Source of the DNA: Eledone cirrhosa
Lineage: Eukaryota
Reading direction: 5' to 3'
Length of the DNA stretch: 64,000 bases
Assembly (NCBI GenBank): GCA_964016885.1
Contig: OZ024742.1
Location: 140,430,001-140,494,000, forward strand
The notes under the pieces are model-generated. The model was not told the DNA's origin and made no database searches. It saw nothing but the letters and a program-made list of their open reading frames with translations. How positions within the stretch are numbered: position 1 is the stretch's first letter; the number at the start of each line of letters is the position of its first letter. Shown piece after piece: positions 25,968-40,231 of this stretch. A program made the position numbers and the translations under genes.

Positions 25968-26525
25968 CCTCACATCAAATATGTTCTATAAATTGCTCAG
26001 ATGGCTCCCTAGAGGTAGTTCGCAGCTTCAGTTACCTGGGTTCCAAGTTTGCAGTGGAGGGGGTGTTCTGAAAATACAGTTGCCTGAGTGAGAACTGGCT
26101 AGGAAAAGTTTATGGAACTATTACCACTGCTGGCTATAAAGCGTTTCACTCTCAAAACAAAAGGCTGATTGTATGCTGCTTGTGTGTGAATGGTAATGCT
26201 GCATAGGAGACTTGGGCTTTGTGTGCAGAGAACTAACAAAGATTGGAAAGAAATGGGGTGAGCATGTTCCAATAGATGTGTACTAGTAACCGAACTGAGA
26301 TTAAAAAAAAAAAAAGATTGGCATAAGAGAGATCAGATGCAGTGTGCAGGAGAGGAGACTACACAGGTTTGAATAGGTGATGTATGTGGAGGATGACAGC
26401 TGCATAAAAAAGCAGAGTACTCAAAGTTGGTGTGTTACCTAAGAATAAAATAGGGAAAACTTAGCTAAAGATAGGATGGTATAGGAATATGCTGTCAAAT
26501 AGACTAATCTTCAGAATATTAACCT
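25968..26525 (+). mobile_element. Heavily degraded RTE (lineage A/B-like) 3' fragment
   Basis: Nucleotide similarity to 17860-18400 (ctagaggtagttcgcagcttcagttacctggg, gtgcaggagaggagact) with many stops. Confidence 0.65.
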
Positions 26526-26624
26526 TTTTGTGACCGTATTTCTAATGAAATATACTTTGTTTCAATTAATTAATGAACATTTGGGGGGGATTATTACTTA
26601 TTTCATTACTCTCATAGTAGCTTA

Positions 26625-26895
26625 ACATTATGACCTCCTTCAGTCATGAATGACCATGGGATTTGCACATAGTAAGTTCCCTTCTGATGCACAAGTCCAG
26701 GCAAGGTTGTTTGTGAAAGACCAACAGTCACCCATGCATATCAGTCTCCCCTCTTCAAGCCACCAATGTTGTCCAAGGGAAAGACAATGGCCAATCACAA
26801 CTCCTGAGTATATTGGAGCAACAGTCAGGGAATCAAACTTACAACCTCACGATTGCAGGCCCAACTCTCTAACCGCTTAGCCATATGCCTTCACC
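26625..26895 (-). mobile_element. SINE with S1-like head and a fourth tail type
   Basis: Head is the reverse complement of ..CTCTAACCGCTTAGCCATATGCCTTCAC. The tail (..AACAACCTTGCCTGGACTTGTGC..ATCCCATGGTCATTCATGAC) is distinct. Confidence 0.55.
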
Positions 26896-29764
26896 ATATG
26901 GTTCTTATCATGCCCCAACCCCCAATAACAACAAGCCTGAATATAGGTGGCAAATTGACAGGGTTAAAGATAAGAAACATAATTTGGTATTTCTTCCAGC
27001 TCTCTTTGCGCTGATGTTGAATCCTGCCAATGTCAACTCTGCCTTTCATCCTTTCATGGTCGATAACGTAGCACTAATCCAGGATTATGGGTTGGTGGAA
27101 TTGTTAGACTGTTTGAGGAGATGTATTGAGGTTGGGTGGTAGACTTAATCTGGCATCCTGTTTAACACCACCACCTGGCCCTTGGGTGATTTTGGATGGC
27201 TTCCTTCCTCCCTTCCACTAATCTTGGAGGACCTGAAAACAGTCTTAGGCACTACACTTTCCTGGCTAAACAGTGAAAATAAAAAATACGAAGTTATTTT
27301 AACTGATAGAATGCAGAAGCCGATTGTCAGATTGAACCAAAGTTTAACCTAGCAATGTAGAGGTGTCCAGTCCAAAGAGGAGTTTTTCCTGATAGAACTG
27401 GTATGCCTGGCATTGAAACAGCTAAAAAACCTTGTATGAGGAAGCCACTTAAACCTACATAGGTGTGTACTATAGCAACAAAAAATAAACAACTTTATTT
27501 GCTAAAGCAGTGGTTAGTCTTGCAGGCTACATGTCATGGAGTTCTTTTTGAGGCAATTTTATAACTGGGTGCCATTCCTTGTATCAACTCTTTTAGTGGC
27601 TTCTTATCACACATTGGGATATGGTGTACCTATTCTAAACCAGATACACACAATATAATGGAAGATTCTTCAATCCTGAATATATTTCCAAAGATTGCTC
27701 ATGTCACAAAACAGTCATAGTAGTTTTCTGAGCTAATTTAGGGAAATCCAGATAATAAATAATATCTAATTAGTGTGGGTTATGTTGTCAACAGGGTTTG
27801 CAATATTGTATGTCTATAAATAACATTCATCACCATCATCATCATCGTTTTTATATCTACTTTTCCATGGTGGCAAAGGTTTGGTTGGGATGGTTTGAAA
27901 TAATGTTTTACAGCAAGATGCCCTTCCTGATGTTCACCATTTTTGTTGCTTCTTAGCACACACAAGAATATAGTGTACATATTCTAAAAAGCAGGATACA
28001 TACAGATTATGTGAGATGAAATTACCTATCTAGCAGATGTTTCCTCAACATATAAATAATATTGATCTTTGTTAGTTTAGTTTCACTAGACAATCTGTTA
28101 CTTCTACATATCTCTGCTGTTTACTTCAATACACACTTTGCTTGTGTGTGTATATGTGTGTATGTGTATATATATATGTGTGTGTGTGTAATGCTTCATT
28201 TGTATATCTGCCCTTTTGTATGTTATTTTATATGTTAACTTCGCAAAGAATGAAAAACGATTTATAAATTTAGGCCAGTTTGCCAAACATACGGTCAGGA
28301 GGATTCTTTAGTTATGTTAAAGACATGACAGCTTCCCTAGTGTTAGTGATATACATGATAAAAACAGTCAGTACACTCTGTAAAGTGGTTGGTGATAGGA
28401 AGGGCATCCAGCTGTAGAAATCCTACCAAAGAGTTGAGAGAATCCTTCAGCTGTGTCAAAAGACATGACAACCTCTCTAGTATTGGTGCCATAATAAAAT
28501 ATACTCAGTAGAGTGTGAGAATGTTTGTAAGCAAGATGCAAACCCCTGGCCCACCTGAACACTTAGTTGATTGCAAGAATGTAAGTAAGCAAAATGAAAG
28601 ACCCCGACCTATCTGAGAGGCCATTTGGTCTGTAATGACCCATCCAACCTTTGCTAGTAACACAAAAACAGACATTAAATGATGATGATGACAATGAAGG
28701 TGAAACAGTGTGTTGGCAAAACCTACATCATTGTCACCATCATTATCATTTTATGTGCATTTTCCATACTGACATGGATGGCACAGGTTTTCCTCATCTG
28801 TAACTAGATTGGTCTGAGAACCACAAATTGGCACAGTCTGAAATTAGACTGGTTAGAGAACCACAACATGCTCACATGTTCCCAATGAGCATAAATATAA
28901 AAGTGAAAATAGAAAAAGAAATGTCTTGAAGATTGATATCCCTCAGATTGTGACTAAAAATTGATAACCTTCAGATTGTAAAGGCATATGGCCTAGTGGT
29001 TAGGGTGTTGGACTCGTGATCAAAAGGTCATACGTTTGATTCCTGTACTGACCAGTGCATTGTGTTCTTGAACAAGACACTTCATTTCATGTTGCTTTTC
29101 ATGATAGGACTAGAGCCTGTATCATTAAAATACCCCCAAAAAGCTCCTATGAGATACAACCTCATAAAAGACTAATTAAATCTGCATGGGTTTGAGCTGG
29201 AAATTCAGTTTACTTTTTCATTTCATCCCTCAGATTCTTACCAAATGTCTTCACCAAACTAAACAACCAGTGCTCTCAATATTTCATGATGTATTTAATT
29301 CTGTAAGGTCTGTGTTGTAAATCAAAAGATATCTCCATGATATATCATCTCATTTCATCTTCTGATTGAACCGATGAAATATACCCATGCCAGGTATTTT
29401 AATCTGCCATCAATGTTTGTATTTCTCATGCAGTCTCCAATCTGGTATGTCAGTGAAATTGGTGGGTTATCTCCTGGAATTAATTTGCCCATATATCAGC
29501 TGCCTTAGCACTAGATTTCATGTTATTTCTTCAGTATGTTTAATGCAGTGACTTTCCAATTACTATCTTTTGAGTTCTCTTTGGTGGACAATCATAAAGT
29601 TCTATGTTGGTTCTTCTTAGGAATGTTTGAGAACCATCTGTAATATGATGCTGTACATTTTTTTTAGCTGATTTTAAGTTTCTTTGTGAGTGTCCATGTT
29701 TCTTTTGCAGTCTCCTACTTACATCATTTAACAGTTTTTCATGCAACTATTATTCCTTAGATAT

Positions 29765-29880
29765 ATAACATGTCCATATCATTGCTGCCTTCTCTCTTGT
29801 ACACTACGGCAGATACTTTTAATGCCTACTTTTTCTCGAAGCACACGTGCTGTCATTCATGGTTGCTGACATTCAGTGGA
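29765..29880 (-). mobile_element. Degraded RTE fragment
   Basis: Minus strand reads VLREKVGIKSICRSVQERRQQ*YGHV, like lineage A. Confidence 0.5.
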
Positions 29881-30223
29881 ATGTTGTTGGTAAATGTTTG
29901 ACCCACCCTTGAGAAATAAAGCTCAAAGATCTTAACAGGATTCAAATTTAATACATTGGGGGTGCCAGTAATGATGTACTACTATTTATACCAACCCAAC
30001 ACCCATACTAATCCTCATTACCATCATCAACAATAAATGCAGCAGAAGCTGTTTTTCTGTGCTTACAACAATCGGATGTCTGCAGTCTGCAACACAACTA
30101 AATCACCACACATAATGTTCTTTGTAATTTCTTTGATGTAGTCCAACATCATGAGATTTAACTTTGCTACATCTTCTCCCATATCTCTGTTTCTTAAGCA
30201 ACTGGTATATGCTCTAAGATGTA

Positions 30224-30485
30224 TTAGCCCTTTTGATACCAAACTGCCCAAAACTTCCCTTGATTCTATGATACAAATGTTTTTACTTTGAAGTGTTTAT
30301 GTTTATCTAAAGCCTTCCATCATAATTTTATCTAAGAACTTGTATTAAGTTCTGTTTCAAAGACTAGCTTAATAATGAAAACGTTAATTATATTACTAAA
30401 TCCCTCTAAATTCTTGATTATTTTCAAAAGGATTTAAAAATCACAGGCAGTGTTTTTCATTAAAAATATAGTAAAAAAGGGTTAA
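30224..30485. mobile_element. piggyBac-type MITE (~250 bp), representative copy
   Basis: TTAG|CCCTTTTGATACC ... AAAAAAGGG|TTAA. Related copies at ~44735-45145, 45940-46183, 46394-46590, 49140-49310, 49488-49760, 50735-50960, 51112-51560, 54630-54840, 55003-55328, 58303-58547 and 62743-62982. Confidence 0.65.
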
Positions 30486-30761
30486 TCCATGTGCAATTAG
30501 GAAAGATCTGGCTGCCTTCACTACAGCTAAGGAGCTGTCTAGGTGGTAGTTATTCCTTCCATCCTGTGTGCCCCTTGTGAAAAATAAGATAGCCCTTACT
30601 ACAGTGAGAAGCCGCAGAGGAAGGTAGTTATTCCTTCGATCCTATTTACCCATTGGAAAAGGCACAGTTGCCTTCATTAGAGCTATGAAGCCATCCAGGA
30701 TAATAGGCAATCCAAATAAAACTGATCAGTGTGTGAAAGGAAACTTCCCAAACATTTGTGT

Positions 30762-31119
30762 TTTTTAGACCTACAATACCAATTTTTAGACCTACAATAC
30801 CAATTTTTAGACCTGCAATACCAATTTTTAGACCTACAATACCAATTTTTAGACCTACAAATACCAATTTTTAGACCTGCAATACCAATTTTTAGACCTA
30901 CAATACCAATTTTTAGACCTGCAATACCAATTTTTAGACCTGCAATACCAATTTTTAGACCTACAATACCAATTTTTAGACCTACAATACCAATTTTTAG
31001 ACCTACAATACCAATTTTTAGACCTACAATACCAATTTTTAGACCTACAATACCAATTTTTAGACCTGCAATACCAATTTTTAGACCTGCAATACCAATT
31101 TTTAGACCTGCAATACCAA
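30762..31119. repeat. 21-bp minisatellite, ~17 units (TTTTTAGACCTRCAATACCAA)
   Basis: Head-to-tail units varying only at one A/G position, plus one 1-nt insertion. Confidence 0.95.
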
Positions 31120-31123
31120 ATAA

Positions 31124-31266
31124 TGTATATCATTGACAATAGATTTCCTTTAAAGAATAAAAATATCATATCTGATATACTAGATTCATTGTGTATATGC
31201 ACATTAGGGTTAGAAATAGAATTGGTTAGGGTTCATAAGGTTTAGAGTTTGGGTTCTCTCATTGTC

Positions 31267-31333
<67 letters not shown>

Positions 31334-31403
31334 TGAAATGAATCCAGCTAATCAAATGAGATATTTTCATTTTCTTCAAATGAGATCTATTGTCAATGAT
31401 ACC
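31124..31403. mobile_element. MITE with imperfect ~40-bp TIRs and candidate 8-bp TSD
   Basis: TATCATTGACAATAGATTTC versus GAGATCTATTGTCAATGATA. CCAAATAA at 31116-31123 and 31404-31411. Internal TTAGGG-like and (TG)n(AG)n tracts. Confidence 0.6.
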
Positions 31404-33069
31404 CCAAATAACTCAGCAGTACAAAGGGTATCCTGACATGTAAATACAGTTGATTAATCATTGTATCTTAGATTGCCAGTGTCAATAATAATAATGGTGA
31501 GGATCGTTTTTTTTAGATTGGCAGAATGCCAAATATTTGCATGGTGTGTGGTAATTCATTGAATCACCCCAGTCATATCTCTGTTAATTAATTTATTTTC
31601 AGGTAGCTGGAAAAGTTAATAAATTGGGGTAAGATATGAACTTAGAATTGAGAGGGATTAAATTCTCAACAACATTGTGGTTAAGAAGCAACTATGTGCT
31701 TTAGGGCTTTAACCTATTGTGGTGAAGACGTGTGGTGTAGTGGTTAAGGTGTTTGGTTTATGATCATGGGTTCAGTTCTCAGACCATTTGATTAACTGGT
31801 GTCCCTTTCAAGGAAGAGGTCTTATACTTTCACTTGCTTAACATTCATGAAACCAGGATAAGCTCCAGTCTTCATAAGCAGATATATAATTCTGCTTGGT
31901 ATATCTTCCAGTCAGTTTCTATACACTAACATATACTGATTTAAATTTATACATTATTAGTTTCAAGAAATGTACATACACACATGCTTTTAACAGAGTG
32001 CAGTCTGTTGCAAAAATTTGAGCCAGGTTTCCAGTTTGAGGGTACTTTCCTGTAATTTATTCCTTGATTAACCAAATTGGGGGGAGGGAAAAGTTAAATC
32101 AACCCCAGTACATTACTGGTACTTAATTTTATCGACCCTGTAGGGATGAAAGGCAAAGCTAAATTTGGTGGGATTTGAACTAAGAATATAAAGCAACTGA
32201 AGAAATACTGCAATGGCATTTTATCCAAAGCTCTGCCAATTCAAAATTATAGCCCTAAAGATTAGGTCCTTGTTCATCATCATCGTGATTCCATTAATCT
32301 CTTCTCTTCTTTCATGGTTTGGACTGACCTGGTGAGTAACAACTGTTACTATAGTAACTATGTGTGTGTGTGTGTGTGTGTATATATAACACTATATAAA
32401 CCAGTGTATTTGTATGTGACATAAACTAGTGCAGTAGTGTGTGTTATTATATAAACTAGTGTGTGTGCATAACATCATATAAGCTAGTGCAGTTGTGATT
32501 TGAGAACATATTAGATGTCTTCTCTAATTCCAATTACAGTAAAGTGAGAGAAAGAAGCACAGAGAGAGAGAAAATTAAAAAGGAGAAAAGATAAGCCATA
32601 TCAAATGGAATAGTGAGATTTGGTTTGTAATTTATTGGCTAATGAGGAAGCTTAGTCAGTGAGGTGAGAGTTTGACCTTGTATTTCTACTGTGATTGAGT
32701 GTAATTTGTATCACTAGTTTGTAAATATGAAATAAACTATCATACACTGGTTTACACATTGTTAAATGGTTAAGAAGTTTTATTCACCATCATTAGGTTC
32801 CAGGTCTGATCCCACTGTGTGGCATCTTGAGCAAGTGTCATTTACCATAGCCTCAGGTCAACCCAAGCCTTGTGAGTGAAATTAAGTAGACACAAACTGT
32901 TTAGAAGACCATCAGATGGGCTGTACCTGTAATTCAAGGGCCAGCCTTGTCATGCTGAATCTCCCTGAAAATTAGATTGATGGTATACATATTTGTAGAA
33001 TGCTCAGCAGGCTGTTCTGTTGACTGAACAACTGGAACACTCATCGTTGATACTGATGGAGGTCCATAC

Positions 33070-33615
33070 TACTGATTTACAATTGGTTGAACCATTGTTT
33101 CTCAAAGTGGGTTCTGCAAGATAAGGTGTCTTTTAATACTATTTAATAGAAATTTATTGTATGCATTAAAAAAATATATATATCAAGAAATTCTCACATG
33201 AAAACATTTTTGGTTTATTTAATGTCTCCTTAAAATTAGGGTGGTGGGAATTGTCTGTAAAATATAGGTTTGAATTTCTTTATTTTGTGGAAATTGAATG
33301 AGTGTTTCATGACAAAATAAGTTTGGAAACCATTGATTTACAATTGGTTAAATGGATTTTCCCAAAGTGTATTCTGCAAAACAATTCTGGGTTTCTGCAA
33401 GATGAGGCACCTTTTAATCAAATTTAATAGAAATTTATTTTATGTATTTTTTAAATTAAACATATTGATAAATTCTAACATTAAAACAATTTTGTTTCAT
33501 TTAATATCTTATTAAAATTAGAATGGTAAGGATTGCTTGTAAAATATAGCTTGGAATTCCATTTTTTAAAAATCATATGAAGATACCATGACAAAATAAG
33601 TTTGAGAATCTCTGA
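33070..33615. repeat. Diverged ~270-bp tandem duplication of a hAT-like MITE
   Basis: Units start TGATTTACAATTGGTT at ~33072 and ~33333. Termini resemble CATTGTTTCTCAAA..TTTGGAAACCATTG. Confidence 0.45.
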
Positions 33616-33765
33616 GTCTCTATCATACACTGATTTAAAATTTGTTTAACCCTTCAGCATTTAAACCAGCCATATCCGGCCAGAATTCTCTCACCTCTTT
33701 CTGTTCAAACTGGCTGTTACTGGGCGCTCATACTTATGTTATAGTATTGTTCTCAAAATAAATAA

Positions 33766-33940
33766 TTGTTTCTACTTTAGGCACAAGGCCAGCAAATTAC
33801 CCAGTGCATTACTGGTACTTTATTTTATCGACCCCGTAAGGATGAAAGGCAAAGTCAACCTCGGCGGGATTTGAACTCAGATCATAAAGGGACGTAACTA
33901 TGCTGGAAAGCATGGCGTCCGACCCTCTACCGATACTGCC
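33766..33940 (-). mobile_element. SINE S2 copy
   Basis: Reverse-complement match, flanked by ATAAATAAT on both sides. Partial or old copies at ~1099-1193, 3538-3630, 32100-32240, 36260-36390, 37325-37420, 50460-50620 and 58995-59130. Confidence 0.82.
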
Positions 33941-36900
33941 ATAAATAATATCAAAATTTCATAGATTCGATATTATGTGAGATAATTATGTGAGGTAAAG
34001 CCTTTACTACGAAAATACAGTAGTAGATGCTAATGTCTTATTAAAAGGTGTGAGGTTTGTCCATAGAATATAGGTAATAGTTATCATCATCATTTAATGA
34101 CTGCTTTCTCTGTTAGCAAGGGTTGGACGAGTTGTCAGCAAATCGGGTTGGTACCCATAATGGAGGTGTTGACCACATGGTGGGCTGGGAGCCTGCATCT
34201 TGCTTACATATTGCTCCTGAATTCTACCAAGTGTTCAGACAGGCTGGCATCTCATAACTCACATACTTACGATCCTACACACTACCAAGGGCATTTTATC
34301 ATGACACCAGCTCTAGGGAGGTAGGCATGTCTTTGACACAGCTGAAGAACCTTCCTGACCATTTATTTTGCAGGTTATCTGGCTATATGCCCATCCTATC
34401 ACCAACCACTTTACAGAGTGAACTGGGTGTATTTATCATGTAAATCATCAACACTAGGTAACTTAGCTGAAGAGTCCTCTTAACTCTTTGTATGGTATAG
34501 GCATTAATTGTTATTTATATTTTATTAGTTTTGTGATATAATTGTGAATTTTAGTTTTTAGAAAGGATGGCAGCTCAATATCTTCATAGATATTTCAGTA
34601 TATTTGTCAGTTGTTTTCTTTTTCTGTTTTTTTTTTTTTCTTATCAAACAATATCTTCACTTAACATTCCATTTACTATGTTCTTTCCACTTCATCAAAT
34701 ATGCACTCAACTAATTAACAAACTATTGACAAATTCTTTTTGTCACCTGGGATATCTTAATTAAATAAGATCATGCTACTCCATTTCTATCACTAATTAA
34801 TAATGTAAAGCTTAAGTCATTGTTCTCTTTTGCACAATCTCCATCATCCTTATATACAGACTTCATATACCTTACACAAGGATTTTGTATTAAAAAGGTT
34901 AAATTGTTCATCTTGTTTAGAATAGGTTCATCAAATCCCTGCATGTTGTAAAAGGTGACTAAAGGGGTTGGTGCCAAGAAGGGGCTCTGGCTGTAAAACA
35001 TTGCCTCAGAAAGAACCACATAGGGCCCACAAGGCTAATTCTTGCTTTAGCAGGGGAAATGGCCTTAAAATGTTTATTCTTTTTTATCTGAAAACCTTCT
35101 TTCGTAATTTTATGGAAGAACCATTATTATGTTATGTTCCAGATATACTACTAAATCCTTCTAAATTTTTTATTATTTTCTAAATTTATTATAGTCAGTG
35201 GATTTCATGGGAAATATAGTAATGAAAATCATCATCATCATCACCGTTTTACGTCCGTTCTTCCAGACTAGCATGGGTTAGACGGGTTGTCCTGTTGTGG
35301 GCAGTGTCCAGTCGGTTGACCATGTCTTGCTCATACAGGAACTGATTTTGGCTTGATTTCTACAGCTGGATGCCCTTCCTAACACCAACCTCATTTACAG
35401 TGAGTGCTGGGTGCTTTTTTTCCGTGGCACCTCCACGTCCACTTTACAGTGTGGGCTGGGTGCTTTTTTTCCATGGCACCTCCACGACCACCTTCTAAAT
35501 TTTTGATTATTTTCTAATTTATTATAGTCAGTGGATATCATGGGAAATATGGTAATGAAATGTTTAAGTTTATGACAAAGAAAACCATCTGACTTTCTAT
35601 CTAAGATTCAACCCACACAAGTATAAAACCACATAGGTTTTAAAAGTCCAACCCATTTGAGTTGCTTTAAACACATGAATTAAGCAATGGCCAGTTTTTA
35701 TGAATCACAAAGTTCTCTTAACATCATCAATATGCAATATATTCTCTTTTTTCTGAACATCTCATCTCAGTTGAGTAAACCAGGGAAACATATCCATTCC
35801 AGATGTTTCTATCCACCATCATTCTTTGTATTTCAGATACAGTCTCCAATCTTGTGTCTTTTTGCAGTATGTCTGTAATGTTAGTGAGTTGTTTCTCCCT
35901 GTTAATCCCTAAATATGTTGACTACCATAGCATTAGATGTCTCACATTGTGACCTGCCAATCTGAACATAATCAAGATTAATATGCTTGATATCTTATCA
36001 TAGAACAATTCATTCTTTGGTCATAGATAATTCATCGAAGCAAATTGGGAGAGTTGTTGGAGCTTCACATTAATTACCTTGAAGTATTTGTTCTATCTCT
36101 AGATATGTATGGACCCATAACTCCTGATAGATGCGCAAGGGGACAGTAGTGACATACAGCATGTCTTGGGCATTTTTAAAACCTGGTTTGAACATAACTG
36201 ATGAACACAACTGATTTCTTCTAGAGAAAGTGAGAGAGATATAGGGAAAAATTGATGCCAGTACTAGACATGTATTTTTTTTATCGACCTCGAAAGGACG
36301 AAAGATAAAGTTGACCTCAGGGTGCAGAGAGCCAGAACGAATACTCAAAAGCTTTCTGTCTGATGTTCTAATGATTCTGCCATTTCACCACTTACTGTAG
36401 TAGATATTTGTAGGCATATAAGATATTTCTGTTACCAGCTGCAAGATAATTCTTTGTGATTAATTACACAGTGTTGTTGTATTAAACATCGTCAGTGTTC
36501 TAGATATAGTTTGTAATTTAATATTATTTTTTTATCTGATTCAATATTTGTTTATTTTGATATTTACAGTGTTGTTAAATCTGAAACATTCTCTTTAATT
36601 CTGGACATGGCTACCTAGTATTTCTATCTCATGTGACAATACTATAGATTTGATTTCAAGTCATTTAAAATCTTTATATAGGCTTAGCCATCAATACATA
36701 TTAGCTATCTTCAATTTATCCTAATCCAATCCTGTATTTCAATATTGTACAGGAGTACCTAATCAGTAGTCTGAGTATAGGGCCACATGTGTCTCATTCA
36801 GCATTATACACTTGATAGGGTTCTCTACTTTTACCACCATTATAAAGGCTGCTTAAGCCTTTTTCTTTTTATAGTTTAGCCAGTGAGGAAAAATCAGCAT

Positions 36901-38162
36901 AATGCAGCAATTTTATGTTGGTCCAGCAATAAACATTTCCACAGAACAAGAGCCTGTTGAAATTTGGTCATACTGGTACTAGGACAAAAAGCACCCAGTA
37001 ATGTGGTCATAATAGTGCCATAAAAATGCACCCAGTCCATCCTGTAAGGTGGTTGGCATTAGAAAGGGCATCTAGCCATAGAAAGGCAAGCCAAAAACTG
37101 ATTTGTCTGGTCAAATAATGTAACAGCCCATTTAACCCATGCAAGTATGGAAAATAGATGTTAAATGATGATGATGATGAGTCCATTTCAGATCTCTAAG
37201 ATGACCAGAAATAAAGTCAATCATGGTTTACATCACTCCAAAAGTATATTAAAGTCTAGTATAATACCTACAACATTTTAGCAGTGTACTAAAGAGTAGT
37301 ACATAGCCTACATTATTTCAACATTCTGAGTTCAAATCCCGCCGAGGGGTCGATAAAATAAAGTACCAGTAATGTACTGGGTATTTGCTGGCCTTGTGCC
37401 AATAGTAGAAACAATTATTTCAACAGTGTACATGACCTACATCACATCAAAAATGTACTGCTACCTATTAATGAGGTCTTGTCTCATGAAGACCTATCTA
37501 AAAACTAAATGTCCATTTGGCCCAGTAGTTAGAATATTTGGCTCATCATCATAAGGTTATAGGTTCAATTCTTGGTCTATGCAGCACACTGAATCCTTGA
37601 ACAACACACTTTATTTCACATTATTCCAGTCCACTCAGCTCAAAAGAAATGAATAGCAGCAACAACAACCATGGGTTGCAATAGACGGCATAATTACTTA
37701 AACACCTTCTATCATAATTTTATGTAAGAGTGCTTTATATTCCAAACATTGGCTTAACTCATAACATCATGTAATGATTTAGCAGAGAATATCTAAAAAA
37801 GTTTGTTAATTCAAATGTTTATAGTATCTTTACTAGATCATTGGGAAAATTTGCAGTAAACTAAAAACTTAAAATGTTTATATAATGCAATCATGCTTTA
37901 TACTTTTCAAGATTGCCTTGCTAATGCAGTTTCATGCAATATATGATGTTAGGAGTTAATGTAAAAATGTAGCCCATTTCATAAAATCTCCCCAAATTCT
38001 TGGTTATTTTCAAAAGTCTTGTACTCTCAGTTGCTTAATGGCACATGAAACCAGGATAGTCCAGCTTGATGTGTCTTGGCATGGGAGAGCTTTTTATAGT
38101 CAACAGTGGCAACATCTGTACAAATATTACTCACCACACCCATTAATACTATTTATATTATA

Positions 38163-39075
38163 CTAGCAGAGGTATCCGGCATTGCTTGGGTATTAAATAG
38201 CAGTTACGTATACCATTTATGTCAATACTTCAGTGCTGCTTCGAAAACTATACTTTTACAAAATTATCGGCTTTTTCCAAAAGGGGGTTCCTGCCCCCAG
38301 GGGTCCCCTACTCAATATGTGCCAATTCTGAGAGTTCACATTCATCTGTAGAAGAAACGTTGCCCATGTGTCAAGTTTTGTGAAAATCGGATGCGAACGC
38401 CAGAAGTTATGACGTCTTGTTGCATTGCACTGCAATGCTTCAGTCGACTCCAAGAAAGCGGTTGAAGGGGGTTATCTGCCGGGAGGCCCTATAATCAATA
38501 TCTGGAAAAATGAAAGTGCCCATGACCATCTGGAGTACATAAGTAACTTATGCCTTAAGTTTGGTGAAAATACTGTAGAAATGCATAAGGTTTACAGACA
38601 CACACACACAAACGCGCGCGTTTGTGTGTGTGTATGTATATGTATGTGTATGTCCGTCGGCGCATACGTATGTACTGGCCTAAATCTTCACTATTTACTT
38701 TTACTATTTTAATAACCTCTGTCATTTTCGTTTACAATTTTATTTACATCATTCTTAAACTCCGGGGCTGGAAATCATTCGGTTATTTTAAATAGAATAT
38801 TAGTCTAACGACTCCATTTATACCATAAACTTGGTCTCGTCTTTGCATGAAATTGTTCTTCTCGGTCAACATAACGACGTATTATCCTAGCTTTTTTTCC
38901 GTTCATTGCCAGGGAACGTCTTCACGAACCAAAATATCGTCTTCCTGTTTTCCTTCGGTTGCAACGTTTCTCGAAATATTTACTTCTGTGTTCACAGATT
39001 GAATTTTTTAGTTTCAGAAGATCCCGTTAATGTTGAAAGCAGCGATTCCTTGCTTAAACATTAATCTGTTCTTAT

Positions 39076-39122
<47 letters not shown>

Positions 39123-39889
39123 AAGAGAGAGAGATGCGTCTTTTTGTGTGTGTGCGGACATAAATATATATAACACACACAGTTACAGTACGACTTCGTG
39201 AAAGACAGAAAAAGACGTTAGGTTGAGGAAAGGGGAGAGTTGAACAGTGTGTAAAGAATAGATAAATAAATAAAAGTTAAAGTTCCTCACTCTTTCTTTC
39301 TTTCTTTCTCAACCCCTCTCTCCCTTTTTTATACCCTCTCTCTCTTTCTCTCGCTCTCTCTCTCTCTCTCTCATACCCCCTCTCTCTCTCTCTCTCACTC
39401 ATACCCCCTCTCTCTCTCTCGTCCTCTACAGAATGGAGAACAATAAAGAACGTGCAGATCTCTCTCCCTCTCTGTCTTTATATATATATATGTGTTTGTG
39501 TGTGTGTGTGTGTGAACCAGCGTTCGTCACTATTCTCTCTCTCTATCTGAATATCTTGTACCTCTCTCTGTATAATGACCTATTTCACTCTCTCTCTCTA
39601 CATCTCCCTTTCTCTCTTTAGATGTATATGTATGTTTGTGTGTGTGTGTGTGTAGTTTTCATGCAACCAGCCAATATTTATCTATGGGCCGCATTTACAA
39701 AAACTTGAAACTTTTATGAGTCCAAAACACTCCTGGGAACATAACGCATGTTTGTTCCAAGTTGGAAGAAAATCGGTTGCAAACTGTAGAAGTTCTGTGG
39801 GTACAGACATACACAAAGCAGCGATTCTTTGCTTAAACTTTTGTATATATATATATAGATATATATATATGTGTATGTGTATATATGTC

Positions 39890-39939
<50 letters not shown>

Positions 39940-40231
39940 TATATATGTGTGTGTGTGAGAATGTAGCGAAGATAATACATCAGCAATGATGTGTTCGTCA
40001 GAATGTCGTTATGCAGACAGCCAGACATACAGACAGATATTATAAGGGCTCGACGGAGATGGATAACCGGCGCCTAACACCCCTTTAACAACAGAAAATT
40101 GAAAAATAAAAGCTGCAGTTAAGGAATATATAAATGCAAGTTTGAAGAAATCGGAGTAGAAATGTAGATTTGTATAGACTTTGCAAAAATGAGGACACAC
40201 ACACAGACAACATCAGTTTTATATATATAGA
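38163..40231 (-). mobile_element. Non-autonomous Helitron (~2.1 kb) sharing ~840 bp with 14137-14980
   Basis: Same CTAG terminus and 3' body. Putative 5' end A|TCTATATATATAAAA at 40231. Internal TA, CT and TG microsatellites. Confidence 0.68.

Noticed and set aside
30762-31119. CRISPR-like array or repetitive protein ORFs (30729-31136, 30855-31202)
   Set aside because: Units are contiguous with no unique spacers, there are no cas genes and the context is eukaryotic. The ORFs arise because 21 is a multiple of 3.
31205-31250. TTAGGG-like words as an interstitial telomere
   Set aside because: Only a few degenerate units, inside a MITE.
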